Positions 25,600-38,976 of a stretch of DNA of 64,000 nt are shown here, in pieces (positions within the stretch are counted from its first letter, which is position 1; each line of letters begins with the position of its first letter). Both the position numbers and the translations under genes were made by a program. The notes under the pieces are model-generated. The model was not told where the DNA came from. It saw nothing but the letters and a program-made list of their open reading frames with translations, and ran no database searches. The stretch is from Chiloscyllium plagiosum (Eukaryota), in assembly GCF_004010195.1 (NCBI RefSeq), contig NC_057718.1, positions 92,288,765-92,352,764 on the forward strand, written 5' to 3'.

Positions 25600-26420
25600 G
25601 TGTACATATTTGTTGTAGAAAAAGATTTGTTCCAGCTGTGAAAGTCTCTTTAGCCTGAGAAGTCGAATTCATTTTCATTCATTCAGTCTTCTCTGCAAAC
25701 ATGACAACAGTGCTTGAAACTGTTTATTTCCAAATTCAGACCTGTTCTGCATTAATCATCAGCTTCAATTACCGGCGTTCCTCAGCCAAGCCATCAGCCA
25801 GTCTGACACTGAGGTCCAACCTAATTCCCACCTTCTCCAAAGTCAAGAGCATAATGTGCAGATAAAAAAGGTGGAAAATAGCTTTGTGTTCATTAGCATG
25901 CAGAGCCTGGCTGATCATTTGCTTGTCGCAAATGAAAGTTCTAACACTCAGAGCCTCCTGGAATATGAGAAAAGTCCTCTTCAGACTATATGATGTCCTT
26001 ACTGGATAGGAAGGGTCATGAAAAAGGCAGGCTGTGACCTTGCTACCCATTCTTCATGACTAGTCTATTGATTCCAGGAACACCTCATTACATGCAGGAT
26101 CTACATATTATTCCCATGTTCTGTGAGTGAATTGTTTACAAGTGTCTTTATCATGTAAAAACCCCTTTCAGATGGGCCAAGGCCACACTCATTTGTCTGT
26201 GACCTGCCAATTAGATGTTATCCGATATGTGACTATTTGTCCTGATCTTTAACCAGGTCTGCTGCCCTGCATCAACATAGACCCATTACTGGAACCTATA
26301 AACACTGCCTGTGAAATCATCCATTAGCTTGGCAATGTGCAAGTCATTGTCAGCTCTAGTGCTGACAGACTGAAGGTTATTGCTCAATCATTTTCTAAGC
26401 ACAAGGTTTATTATCAGGTT
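25600..26420. promoter_or_regulatory. Candidate conserved non-coding element cluster
   Basis: Repeat-free, no credible ORF, homeobox/POU/Sox-like sites (gcattaatcat, cattagcatgc, cattgtc). Confidence 0.35.
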
Positions 26421-27039
26421 TTAGCAAATGCCTTCCACTACTATCACCAATACCCACACAATGCATTACATTTTATTGTATGAATACCTTAAATATTTCA
26501 TATATTCTGCTGCTTATTTATTCTATTTCACAGCTTTTCGACTTTTGATACATAATATAGCCTTCTGAATGCCGAGTTCCTTCTTCATTTCAACATAAAT
26601 TTAAATATTTGCAAATTCCAAGTTGCAATTTCATTAATATTTGTGATTAAATAAGGAGAAGTGTAAATAGTACAATGTGAAGAGCAAATTTTAAAAATGT
26701 AGATGGGGACCAAAACATATTAATTATACGGGATATTTATAAATGCACATAACAATAATCCAGAAGGTATTTTCAGACAGGAGGCTTCTTAAAGCAGATA
26801 ACATATCATTCAAAAAGGAAAATGAAATCATTCACCAATCAAGCAAATCTAGGGATAGATCATTCTTCAGCCATGTTTTGCGCTTCAGCCTATCGAGAAA
26901 TTTGGGATGCATTTGGCACAACATGATATATAATTAAACCAATATTTACATCCCTGGGAGGGATACTCTGCAGAGAGACAGTATGGACTTGTTGGGCTGA
27001 ATCGACCATTTCTACACTGTAGGGATTCGATGATATTTG

Positions 27040-28585
27040 ACAGACTAATGGGTCTGAAGGCAGTCATGTCACCAGGATCTGACTGCATGCATCAAAGCAT
27101 TTTAAAGGAAGCAGCTGTAGAGATAGTGGAAGCATTGGTCGAAATATACATGAACTTATCGGATTCTCAGATGAGTCTGGCATAATGCGATGCCCCTATT
27201 CAAAAAGGAGGGAACCAGTAAGCAGGAAACTATAGGCCAGTTAGCCTAACATCGGTCATACAGAAAATTCCAGATGCCATTACCAAGAAAGAAAGAGAAA
27301 AAAATTCAATAAAATCAAACAGATGTAATGTGGTTTTGTGAAAGGGAAATAATGTTTGACAAATTTGCTAGAGTTTCTTGAGGGCACAACAAGAATAATT
27401 TACAAAGGAGAACTAATACATGAAATGTAATTGGATTTCCAGAAGGTATTCAATAAGGTGACATGCAAAAGGCTATTGTACAAAATATGAGTCCACAATA
27501 TTGGGGGCAATGTCTTAGCTTGGATTGAGGATTGGCTAACACGCAAGACACAGAGTCTAGATTAATAGGTCTTTTATCAGATTGGAAATATGTAACTAAC
27601 AAAATATCATGAGGATCTGTCCTATGACCTTAATTATTTCCTATCTGGATTAATGGCTTGGAGGAGGGGCATCAATGTAATGTATCCAAATTTGCTGATG
27701 ATGCAAAAATAGGTGAGAGGGCATGTTGTGCTGAGGCCATAAAGAATCTACAAGTGGATATAGATAGGTTAAGTCAGCATGCAAAGTTATGTCAGATGGA
27801 GTTTAATGTAGCAAAGTGTGAAGTCACACACCTCTGTAGAAAGAATCAAAAGGCAGTCTGTTATTTAAGTGGACAGAATCCAAAAACGTGCAACATAGAG
27901 GATTTGGGTGTTCTTATGCATGAAATACAAAAAATTAGCATGTAGGTGCATCAAATAATTGAGAAGGCAAATAGAATTTTGGCCTTTATTGTTAGGGAGT
28001 TGAAGTTTAAATATAGGGAAGTCTTGTTACAACTGTACAGGACCTTGGTAACTGCATCTGGAGTACTGTGAATGGTTTTATTCTCCATATTTAAGAAAGG
28101 TTGTACTGGTATTGGAAGCAATTGAAAAGAGATTCACTAGACTGATTCCTGGGATGAAATTGTCAATTTATCAAGAACAGCTGAACAGGTTAGCCATTAT
28201 TCATTAGAGATTAGAAGGAATGAACGATGTAATATTTTGAGGAGAGTCGATGTTGAGAAGGTATTTCCATGAGTGGACAAATCTTGAACTGAAGGACATA
28301 GTTACAAGACAAAGGCATTTAAAACTGAGATGCAAAAGTATTTATTCTCTCAGAGGATAGTGAATGACTGGAATTCTTAACTCCTAGCGTTGTGAAAGTT
28401 AGTTCAATGAAAATATTCAAAGATAAAGTGTAAACATTTTTGAAACATCAGGGAGTTGGGTGCTATGAGCAACTGGCATGAGAACAGAGTTGAGTGCTGT
28501 GTCATATCTGCTGTGTACTTATAGAATGTTGGGGCAGGCCTGAGGGGATGATTGGCACATGCCTATGTCTTTTTCTTATGTTGTT
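27040..28585 (+). mobile_element. CR1 LINE, 5'-truncated, decayed RT to 3' end
   Basis: SPGSD, NYRPVSLTS, LDFQK, VSKFADDAKIG, FNVAKCEV, WNS; many stops. Confidence 0.92.
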
Positions 28586-28699
28586 ATTAACTCTGTCTTC
28601 ACAATAATGTTGCAGCTATGTTATTAGCCTCGACTAATAATCAAACAGAATAAGAGGTTCAACCGCACCATGGATCATAATGGAGCACAGGTACCATTT

Positions 28700-28925
28700 G
28701 TAGAGAGAGCAATGGATTTCTCCCCAGTGACCTGATCAATGTTCCTTTCAGTAGCATTAGCAAAGCGGATTCTCTGGTCATTGTTTCATTGTGATTTGCA
28801 GGGCTTCTGCTGTGCACAAATTGGCTGTCACACTGCATGCATTACAACTGGGAAGGTACTTTAAAAACATTTAATGCGTTATCATACACAGTACATCTGA
28901 AGGCTATGCAGGGCACTACAAAAAT
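28700..28925 (+). mobile_element. 3' part of Deu-domain SINE
   Basis: ctggtcattgtttcattgtgatttgcaggg...gctgtgcacaaattggctg matches the reverse complement of 37300-37450. Confidence 0.55.
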
Positions 28926-29155
28926 GCACAGTGGCTCAGTGGTTAGCACTGCAGCCTCACAGCACCAGGGATCTGGGTTTAATTCCACCCTCAAGTGACT
29001 CTCTGTGTGGAATTTGCACATTCTCCCTGTGTCTGTATGGGTTTTCACCAGGTGCTCCGGTTGTAGAGGGGTTGGTCTGGGTGGGCTGCTCTTTGGAGTG
29101 TCAATGTGGACTCGATGAGCTGAATGGCCAGCTTCCACATTATAGGGATTCTAAA
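28926..29155 (+). mobile_element. HE1-type SINE with internal deletion
   Basis: gcacagtggctcagtggttagcactgc head and HE1 tail. Confidence 0.85.
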
Positions 29156-30130
29156 AATCTCAACTTTGACCCTCATCTAAGGTGTGGTGACCCTCAGGTT
29201 AAACTCACCATCAGTCCTCTCTCTAATGTGAGAATGGGACTATGGTGACTTTAGCTTTTCACATCAAATATTACTAAGCTAAGAACCATGTATTTGATCC
29301 CATAGAAACCCAACAGTACAGAAACAGGCCATCCAGCTCATTGCAGCATTAAACCCTTTAAGGATTCTGAGTAATCCAAGATGGAGGATGGAAAAAAATG
29401 TGGCTGTAAGACGACCTCCTTTTAGGCAATGGAGGAGCAGCAATTACTGTTTTATATGCTGTTGCATTGTTTTGAAACATTGGGGAAAAAAGCTCCAAAT
29501 AATGTTACTTTAAAAAGGAGGTAAACAGACAAAGGCAGAGACCACTTGGTCAGAGAAAGACACCTACACTACTGTCTGACACAGTGGTGAATCTGCACAG
29601 CTACTGCCTTTGCTGTTTGAGGTCAAGTATCTCTGGACATTGGAGTGTGTCTAGGAAACATTAACAAACAGCGAAATTCATAGCTGACCTTGGAGGAACC
29701 TGTGTGGGAGAGTTCACAGCGCAGGAATAGATAAGTGTATAGTTTTTAAGTGTAACCTTGCTGTAAATCTACAATACTGAGTAGAGTGGGTTTTTTCTTG
29801 ATTATATGATATATTGAGATATGTTTCTTGATGAAATTTTAAAAATATGAACTATAAGTATTAAGTTAGCCGAGAGCAGTGGTTTTAAGAGCAGCAAGAC
29901 TGGGCTATTTTATGGGCTATAGATTGTGAAGCAAAGATGGCCTTCAGTAGAGCGATGTGCTCTTCTTGTCCAATGTGAGAGTTTAGGGAGAGCTTCCATG
30001 TTACTGATGCTTAAATCTGCAGGAAGTGTGCTTGGTTGCAAGTCCTATCACATTGCATGGATCAGCTGGAGCAGCAGTTAGAGGCAATAAGGAATTTACA
30101 GGAGCTAGGGGTGTGTGAGGTCGGCAGTTA

Positions 30131-30430
30131 TAGATTAGATTCCCTACAGTGTGGAAACAGGCCCTTTGGCCCAACAAGTCCACACCGACCCTCCGAAGAG
30201 CAACCCACTCAGACCCCTACATTTACCCCTGACTAATCCACCTAACACTATGGGCAATTTAGCATGGCCAATTGACCTAACTTGCACATCTTTGGACGGT
30301 GGGAGGAAACCCACGCAGACACGGGGAGAATGTGCAAACTCCACACAGACAGTTGCCTGAGGGGGGAATTGAACCCCAGTCTCTGGCGCTGTGAGACAGC
30401 AGTGCTCACCACTAAGCCACCGTGCTACCC
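30131..30430 (-). mobile_element. HE1-type SINE nested in CR1 ORF1
   Basis: tagattagattccctacagtgtggaaacagg...cactaagccaccgtgc. Confidence 0.92.
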
Positions 30431-30635
30431 CCTACATAGGTCCAGTCAGGTAGATGGATTAACTTCAGGAAGGTAGGAGAGAGAGGCAAATAGTGCAGGA
30501 GTCATCTGTGCCTATCCCTATCTCAAACAAGTGTGATGTTTTGGAAAATGTAGGGGGTGATGGACTCTTAGGGAAATGTAACACAAACAGCCACATTTCT
30601 GGTACAGAGAATGGCTCTAATGTAATGAGGGGTAC

Positions 30636-30748
30636 ATAGAACATAGAACATAGAAAAATACAGCACAGAACAGGCCCTTCGGCCCACGATGTTGTCCCGA
30701 ACATTTGTCCTAGTTTAAGCACCCATCCATGTACCTATCCAATTGCCC
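30636..30748 (-). mobile_element. Very short CR1 3'-tail insertion
   Basis: (catagaa)n tail plus caggcccttcggcccacgatgttg stem-loop region. Confidence 0.8.
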
Positions 30749-30960
30749 GTCAGGTTCCAAGCGACCGATTGTGATAGGGGACTCTCTAGTCAGAGGCACA
30801 GACAGATGTTCCTGTGGCTGGCAGTGAGAAATCAGAATGGTGTGTTGCCTCCCTGATGCCAGGATCAAGGATATCTCAGAGAGGGAGCAGAATGCTCTTA
30901 AAGGGGAGAGGGATCAGTAGGAGGTTGCTGTACACATTGGAACTAATGATATAGGAAGGG

Positions 30961-31308
30961 AACATAGAACATAGAACATAGAAGAATACAGCGCAGTACA
31001 GGCCCTTCGGCCCTCGATGTTGCGCCGATCCAAGCCCACCTAACCTACACTAGCCCACTATCCTCCATATGCCTATCCAATGCCCGCATAAATGCCCATA
31101 ATGCCTCTACTAATAAAAGCCAGTACGCCATATGCCTTCCTCACTGCACTATTTACCTGGGTGGCAACTTTCAAAGATTTGTGTACATGGACACCAAGAT
31201 CCCTCTGCTCATCCACACTACCAAGTATCCGACCGTTAGCCCAGTACCCCATCTTTTTATTACTCTTACCAAAGTGAATCACCTCACACTTAGCTACATT
31301 GAACTCCA
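30961..31308 (-). mobile_element. Young CR1 3' fragment with large internal deletion
   Basis: (catagaa)n tail and 3' UTR joined directly to MEFNVAKCEVIHFG...RDLGVHVH...LAFISRG; CpGs retained. Confidence 0.85.
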
Positions 31309-32327
31309 TAAAAGGATGAGATTCTGAAGGGAGAATATAGAAAGTTAGGCAAGAATTTAAAAAGGCAGTCCTCAAGGGTAGTAATATCTGAATTACTCCC
31401 GGTGCTATGAACCAGTGAGGGTAAGAATAGGAGGATAGAGCAGATGAATGTTTGGCTGAAGAGCTGGTATAGGGGAGAAGAGTTCACATTTTTGGATCAT
31501 TGGGGTAGAGGTGGCCTGTACGAAAAGGGCATATTGCACCTGAATTGGAAGGGGACTAATATACTGGCAGGGAGATTTGCTAGGGCTACTCGGGAAGATT
31601 TAAAATAGCAAGCTGGGGAGTTGGACCCAGGAAGATAGTGAGGAAAGAGATCAATCTGAGATTGGTACAGTTGAGAAAAGAAGGGAATCAAACAGGGCAG
31701 GCAGGGACAAAGCAGAGAATGAGATAGGACTAATAAATTAAACTGCATTTATTTCAACGCAAGAGGCCTAACTGGGAAGGCAGCTGAACTCAGGGCATGG
31801 TTAGGAACATGGGACTGGGATATCATAGCAATTACAGAGACATGGCTCAGGGATGGACAGGACGGTAGCTTAATGTTCCAGGATATAAATGCTATCGGAA
31901 GGATAGAAAGGGGGGCAAGAGAGGAGGGGAGTGGCGTTTTTGATAAGAGATAGCATTACAGCTGTACTTGGGGAAGATATTCCTGGGAATACATCCAGGA
32001 AAGTTATTTGGGTGAAACTGAGGAATAATAAAGAGATGATCATATTATTGGGATTGTATTATAGACAGCCCAAAAGTCAGCGGGAAATTGAGAAACAAAT
32101 TTGCAAGGAGATTACCAGTTATTTGTAAGAATAACAGGTTGGGTGTGGTAGGGGATGTTAGCTTTCCAAACGTATATTGGGACTGCCATTGCATTAAGAG
32201 TTTAAGTGTGTACAAGAAAAGCGTCTGAATCAGTATGTGGATATACCTACTAGAGAAGGTGCAAAACTTGACCTACACTTGGGAAATAAGGCAGGGCAGA
32301 TGACAGAGGTGTCAGTGGGGAGCACGT

Positions 32328-32626
32328 TGGAGCCAGCTTTTAGTTTTAAAATAGTGATGGAAAAGAATAGACCAGATCTAAAAGTTGAAGTTCTAAATTG
32401 GAGGAAGGCCAAATTTGACGGTATTAGGCAAAAACCTTCAAAAGTTGATTGGTGGCAGATGTCCGCAGGTATAGGGACAGCTGGAGCCAGCTTTTAGTTT
32501 TAAAATAGTGATGGAAAAGGATAGACCGGATCTAAAAGTTGAAGTTCTAAATTGGAGGAAGGCCAAATTTAGGCAAGAACTTTCAAAAGTTGATTGGTGG
32601 CAGATGTCCGCAGGTATAGGGACAGC
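32328..32626 (+). repeat. Tandem duplication (154 bp plus about 145 bp) within CR1 ORF2
   Basis: tggagccagcttttagttttaaaatagtgatgg...gggacagc starts at 32328 and again at 32482; tgga microhomology at the junctions. Confidence 0.9.
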
Positions 32627-34114
32627 TGGAAAATGGGAAGCCTTCAGGAATTAGATAATGAGAGTCCAGAGACTTGCTTTTCCTGAAGACCTGTATACAC
32701 TCTTCTGGCAGAACAGGTTGAAATGATACCCTCAATTAGCTTGTATTTTTCTTTATTGTTTTCTTAAAGCTTATTTTTATAGTAACCTCAATTTATTCTA
32801 AATCTTAGAAATTACCTCACAGCCAGGAGATCCAAATCCATCCCACTTTTCAGAATGATCTTAGGTTGACTTTGGCTAGGGTATGACTCAGAAATGCAGT
32901 CTTTTCTTCACAATATATGATAGATTTTCAATAGGAATTCACTTGATTCTCGTGATAACTTACCAGGAAAGCAAAGAAAATGCTAAAGACATGACTTAAA
33001 GTGCTGAATTAACTGTGACAACTCTGTCAATTTGCCAGGTGATAGATAGACTTCTTGAGTTTCATTTATCTCTCTTGGTGCTTTTTCTTGAAGATTAGAT
33101 GTTTGAGGACAAACCATGACAGGGAAGATGGTATATTGTCTGCAAAACAATTGTGCTTGATGAGCTCAATAACATTTTCATATTCAATGGTTTCTTTCGT
33201 TAATAATTCCTCAAGACGTTCTTTCATCAAGCTGAAATAATATGAGTTCCTACTGTGATCCTGTATAAATTCTTTACTATTTTCTAATTTTGTGTAGTGT
33301 AACAGTTTTTAAATGTGTTTCTTTGCAGATGTACACATTTGGCATGGTGTAAACTTGTATAAGCAGCATGGTGTATAAGCAGCATGAGAGCTTTTTTTTG
33401 GTGCAGAAAGTTTCCAATCTCATATGGGTTGCTGCAGTGGAGATTCAGGTCCAGACTGAACATCATGCCATTGGTGGAAATGGAGAAATGGAATCAAGAA
33501 AGACATCTCTGACATGATGCACATCCTAGTAACAGCTAACTGCTTCCAATGTCCATATAATAGTTTAACCCACATGTTCAGCCACAAGTCCAGGTAATTT
33601 GTGAACCAGTTGGATAAATACATTATTTAAAACTGGTAAAGTTATTAAATTGAATTATTTAAATTGTTTTGAGATACAGTCTCCATGGATATGTGATTAG
33701 CAGTTTCATGCAGAATCCATGACCCTGAAATGCTGCATTTAATGATAATGTGATGGGTTCAAAATTTAGTTTTATTTTGTAACAGGCATTTTAGCCATCA
33801 AGGCACATTATGCTTCTTTATTTGAAAGGACTTGGTACAGAATGAAAGTATCTACGTGTGACTCCATTGTAGACATAATTCAGTTGTCACTTCAATAATC
33901 TTATTCAACACTATTCCACTGAAAAAAATATCCAGGAGTGTGTGGAAAATAATAATTTTGAACTCCAAGACCTGACTTGCATCAAGGCTGTGTGCTGGTT
34001 GTAGTACTGTGTTGTACAGATTAGATTCAAATCCGTGGTACATGCTGAGTTAGCTGATGTTAACTGAGATAGCCATTGTGTCACTACAATTGACATTAAT
34101 GTTAATTAGCTGAG

Positions 34115-36360
34115 GGGAGAGTATCATTTAGTGGGCAAGCTAATGGAGTTAAAGGTAAACAAGTCTCCTGGCCCTGATGGAATGCATCTCAGGGGACTAA
34201 AAGGGATGGTGGAAGAAATAGCAAACGCACTTGTGGTAATTTTTCAAACTTTGCTGGACTCTGGGGATGTTCCAGCAGATTGGAAAATAACAAATGTGAT
34301 GCTACTGTTTAACAAAGGAGGTAGACAAAAGATGGAGAACTATAGACCATTTAGCTTAACTTCTGTAGTGGGGAATGTCACAAAGCTAGTCCCTTTTTTG
34401 CTCGAAGCTGTTCCTTAGCTCAAGAAGACTCTTGTCCTTGATTTATTTCAGAAGGGCAATAAATCAGGCTGGACTCCAATCAGTCTGGCTTGGTACAGAG
34501 ATGAAAAGGATTTTGAGAGGCCTTTTGTTTATATGCAAACAGATGAGACTTCAGGCCAAAGTGGTCATGCGTTAGAAGTGACATGTATAAAGAGAGGGGA
34601 GTGGTCAGTTCACTAGCTAGCTGAGCTGACCTGAGCAGTTTTAGTTCAGTCCTGAACTGGGAAGTTCAACATGGAGCTATGTGGAAACTCTCTCTCTCTT
34701 TTCTGCCCTTCAACTTCAACCTGTAAGCATGTGTTCCATTTATATTGGTTTTAAAGGGAGTTTGCTTATTGGGACTGTTATGTGCATTCAGAACAGCATA
34801 AATTAAGTCTGGTTGGACGGACTAAGTTCTGTAGTGGTTCTTTATTCTGTTTCATTGTGTAATTTTGTGAATAATTTTTTTGTCTGTTTTAAAATCTAGT
34901 AGTCAACCTAGCTATCTTACTCCTGGTAATTTTCATTGCACACTTACCAAAACAAATTGCAAAGTTATGTCTAGGGATGCCTGCTTAAGAATGTTTTGAG
35001 TGGTCTGGCCCAGTCCATAACAGGAAAATGCTTGAATCGATTATCAAGAAAGAAATAGCAAGACATCTAGATAGAAATTGTCCCATTGGGTGGGTGCAGC
35101 ATGGGTTAATGAAAGGCAGGTTATGTTTAACTAATCCAATAAAATTCAATGAAGACACTACAAGCAAGGTGGACAACGGGGGGTCCAGTAGATGTGGTGT
35201 ATCTAGATTTCCAAAAGGAATTCAATGAGATGTTGCTCAAAAGGCTGCTGCATAACATAAATATGCATGATGTTATAGGTAATGTATAACTTGGATAAAG
35301 GATTGGTTACCTAACAGGAAGCAAAGAATGGGGATAAAGGAATGTTTTTCTGGTCAACTATCAGTGATTAATAGTGTGCCTCAGGGATCAGTGTGGGAAC
35401 GCAATTATTTGCAATTTACATAAATGATTTGGAGTTGGGGTCCATATGTAATGCATCAAAGTTTGTAGATGACACTGAGTAGTACAGCAAAATGTGCAGA
35501 GGACTGTGAAACTTTGCAGAGGGACATAGATAGTTTAAGTGAGTGGGCAAAGGAAGATGGAGTACAATGTTAATAAATGTGAAGTCATCCATTTTGGTAG
35601 GAATAACAGTAAAAAGGACTATGATTGAATGGTAAAAAATTGCAGAATGTTGCTGTGCAGAGGGACCTGGGTGTCCTTGTGCATGAATCACAGAAGGTTG
35701 GTCTGCAGGTGCAGCCGGTAATTAAGAAGGTAAATGGAATTTTATCCTTCATTGCTAAAGTATTGAATTTAAAAGACAGGGAGATTATGTTGCAGCTGTA
35801 TAGGATGCTGGTGAGGCCACACCTGGAGTACTGCGTGCAGCTTTGGTCTCCTTTATCAAGAAAGGATATAATGGCACCAGCAGCGGAGGTTCACTAGGTT
35901 GGTTCTGGCGTTGAGAGAGTTGGTTTGTGGGGAGAGACTGAGTAGACTGGGATAATGTTCATTGGAATTTAGAAGAATAAAGGGGGGATCTTACAGAAAC
36001 GTATAAAATAATAAAGGGAATAGATAAGATAGAAGTTGAGAGGATGTTTCCACTGGCGGGTGAAACTAGGACAAGAGAGCATAGACTCAAAATTAGGGGC
36101 AATTAAGACTGAATTGAGAAGGAACATCTTCACCCAGAGGATTGTGAATCTATGAAATTCTCTGCCCAGTGAAGTAGTTGAGGCTTCTTCATTGAATGTT
36201 TTTAAATCTAAGACAAATAATTTTTTCAACAGTAAAGGAATTAAGGGTTACAGTGAGAGGGTGGGTAAGTGGAGCTGAGGCCATGCAACGATCTTATTGA
36301 ATGGCAGAGCAGGCTCGACGGGCCAGATTGCCTACTCCTGCTCCTAGTTCTTATGTTCTC
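34115..36360 (+). mobile_element. CR1 LINE RT to 3' end, interrupted by a solo LTR
   Basis: KSPGPDGMH, NYRPFSLTSVVG|KMLESII, VPQGSV, KFVDDT, RPHLEYCVQLW; tail cctagttcttatgttc. Confidence 0.93.
34376..35022 (+). mobile_element. Solo LTR (Ty3/gypsy type)
   Basis: TGT...ACA termini, 4-bp TSD ggaa at 34372-34375 and 35023-35026. Its 3' end gtccataaca is shared with the 3' LTR ending at 45089. Confidence 0.9.
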
Positions 36361-37239
36361 TTTTATCATTGGTTAGCAGTTACTACAAGAATGAATGTGC
36401 AGGTGGACACTCCATTTGGTTTGATGACCCCATGGTTGAAAACTTGGCAGCAATAAGATGCGGGTTACAAGTGCAGAAGAATTCATACCAGCAGAGATTA
36501 ATGACTTTAGAAGTGAAAAGTGGTAACAATTGCAAACTTTAAAAATAATAATTTGTTGCATTCCAGCAGAAATATTCAACAGTCCAAATTTCAAGATAAA
36601 AAAAGTCAAATGTTTGTTCCAACTGAGCTCATTTCTTTTCACTATGGTATTTGGAAAATGGTATCCCTTTCCCTAAAATTGTCTTTCTATAAAACATTGT
36701 GCTAAAATTCTTTTTTTAAAATAAGAGATCAGAAGTATATCGTGATCAGATTTTTTTCAAACTACTCATGCAGAACATTGTTACTTTTATGAAAGAACAT
36801 TTTATCATTCCACTTCAGGCCTTAGTTGGTCGTAAAAGTAATGTTGGTAACTTGCAAGATGATTTAAGTAATATTTAGGAAGGGACAAGTGATTGAAAAA
36901 TGTGCTGTCAAATAAATGGTGCTTTATAATTCACTCGTGGGAGTTATATCCATTTTGCTGTATAGCCAAGGTTTGAATATCAACCATTATGCACCCCCCC
37001 TCCCCTCCCACTTTATAGCTCATAATTGAGTAAAAACCAAAACTACTTCTGTGGACTTCACAGCACCATATAGTAGTAACTCAGTGGCTGTATGGTAGAA
37101 GACACAGAAATAACAAATGATTTTAATGGACAAGTACATCTCTTGGCAGAAAAATCTCAAAATAATTGAAACAGAAAATAAATAGTTAAGGAATATTTAG
37201 AGCAGTAACCAACTTAAAAGAGTTGATTTCTAACCTACA

Positions 37240-37975
37240 AAAAGAAAGAATTGTTTTTTTCATAATGCATTTCACAATTTCAGGACATCCCAAAATGCTC
37301 TGCAGCCGGTGAAGTAATTTTGATACTCCAATTTAAGAAACATTGCAGCCGATTTGCGCATGGCAATCTCCCAAAAGCAACAAAGTGATAATAACCAAAA
37401 CATCTGCTTCAACGATGTTGATTGAGGAATAAATGTTGGCCAGAACAATAGGAAGAATGGCCCTGCTTTTTTTCAAAATAGTGTCATGAGAGGGCAGAGG
37501 GCTTTCAGTTTAATGTCTCATCCAAGAAATGTCATCTCCGATCATGCACAGTGGCTCAGCGGTTAGAACTACTGCCTCGCAGTGCCAGAGATGCGGGTTC
37601 AATTCCAAAATTGAGTGACTGTCTGTGTGGCACTTGCACATTCTGTCCATGTCTGTGTGGGTTTCCTCAAGTGCTCCGGTTTCCTCCTACAATCCAAAGA
37701 TGTGGAGGTTAAGTGAATTGGCCATAATGTTCAGGGATGCGTAGCTTGGGTGCATTCGTCAGGGGTAAAATGTAAGGGAATGGGTCTGGGTGGGTTACTG
37801 TTTGGAGGGTCGGTGTAGACTTGTTAGGTTGAAGGTCTGTTTCCACACTGTAGGGATCCTATGGATATGGATGTAGCATTCCCGTAGTACTGCTCCAGAG
37901 TGTCAGCTGTTATTGTTTGGGCCCAAATCCTAGAATAACACTTGAATCCACAGCCTTTTGATGTAAAAATGAAAA
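37240..37975 (-). mobile_element. Deu-domain SINE (SacSINE1-like), split by an HE1 SINE
   Basis: gtttaatgtctcatccaagaaatgtcatctccga ... gcattcccgtagtactgctccagagtgtcagc resembles the recalled Deu core; B-box remnant cttgaatcc. Confidence 0.6.
37546..37862 (+). mobile_element. HE1-type SINE
   Basis: gcacagtggctcagcggttag...gggttcaattcc...ttccacactgtaggg. Confidence 0.9.
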
Positions 37976-38431
37976 TTTAATCAACTAAGTTACTATTCTT
38001 GTCTTTGCAATCAAAATGTAATATTTTCAGAATATCGCTTTCAAGAAAGTTGGATTTCTGAGTATTATGACTTACTTCATTAGAGCGGTTTGTTAATGTA
38101 AAATAACTTGGCAAATTTAATTTTAAATGTATTTGCTTTACCTTTCAAATGCATTAAATTTCTGAATCCAAACTGGAATGCAATTGTATATTGAAAAATA
38201 TACAATTATATCTGCTGAATATTGCAGTATCTTTTCATTATAATTGCATAACTTTAGTTCATTGTAAGTCATTACCCACTAAATCTGACATAAACATTCG
38301 TATTGATATAAGGTTTTGCAAATGAGATGTGAAGATAATAAATTCACAAACTTTAGTATTGAGTGAAGAAGACTGAACAGTAACTGAAGCACAGCATATT
38401 ACCAGATAGAATCAAACTGACAATTTTGAGG

Positions 38432-38660
38432 GATGATTTGGAGAAGCTGGTGTTGGAAGTGGTGGTGGTGGAGGGGGGGAATGGTGTACCAAGTTAAAAA
38501 TCACGCAATATCAGGTTATAGTCCAATATTTGGAAGCACTAGCTTTCAGAGTGCTGCTCTTTCACCTGACAACCACCTGATGAAGGAGCTATGCTCCGAA
38601 AGCTAGTGCTTCCAAATTGACCTGTTGGACTATAACCTGGTCTTGTGTGATTTTTAATTT
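38432..38660. mobile_element. Palindromic Penelope-derived insertion, family C
   Basis: Homologous to 4716-4939. Core cac-ctgatga-a-ggagc(tat)gctcc-gaaa-gcta-gtg at about 38574-38608. Confidence 0.85.
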
Positions 38661-38976
38661 TGAGGGAGGTACCATAAAGGTCCATGTGTAATTCAACATT
38701 TGAAGCCTTAAATAATCTTTCGAAATACATTGGTTGATTTATGGTCAAGAATGAAAGTGAATTGTAATGTGCAAGTAGGTGGTTGCCATCATTTTCTTTT
38801 GCCTCGCAGCATCTTTTCTGTATAGATGTGTCTTAAACTCCTGCACATCTTCACAACACAGCCCATATCGTCTGCTTGAACTCTTGCACCCAGTTTTGAA
38901 ATGTTGGTATGTAAAACTTCCAGTGGTGAGAAATTAGGAGTGACTACTGAAGTAAATATGGAATGTCATATAAATG

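Larger units (their letters stand above)
29376..32675 (+). mobile_element. CR1 LINE 5' half: 5' UTR, ORF1 (zinc finger/leucine zipper plus SGNH esterase) and ORF2 endonuclease, with three nested insertions
   Basis: ORF1 from 29937 MAFSRAMCSSC...ICRKC..LEQQL; IVIGDSLVRG, VHIGTND, LHLN. ORF2 from about 31720 CIYFNARGL, IAITETWL, GGGVA, YYRQP. The 5' boundary is approximate. Confidence 0.88.
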
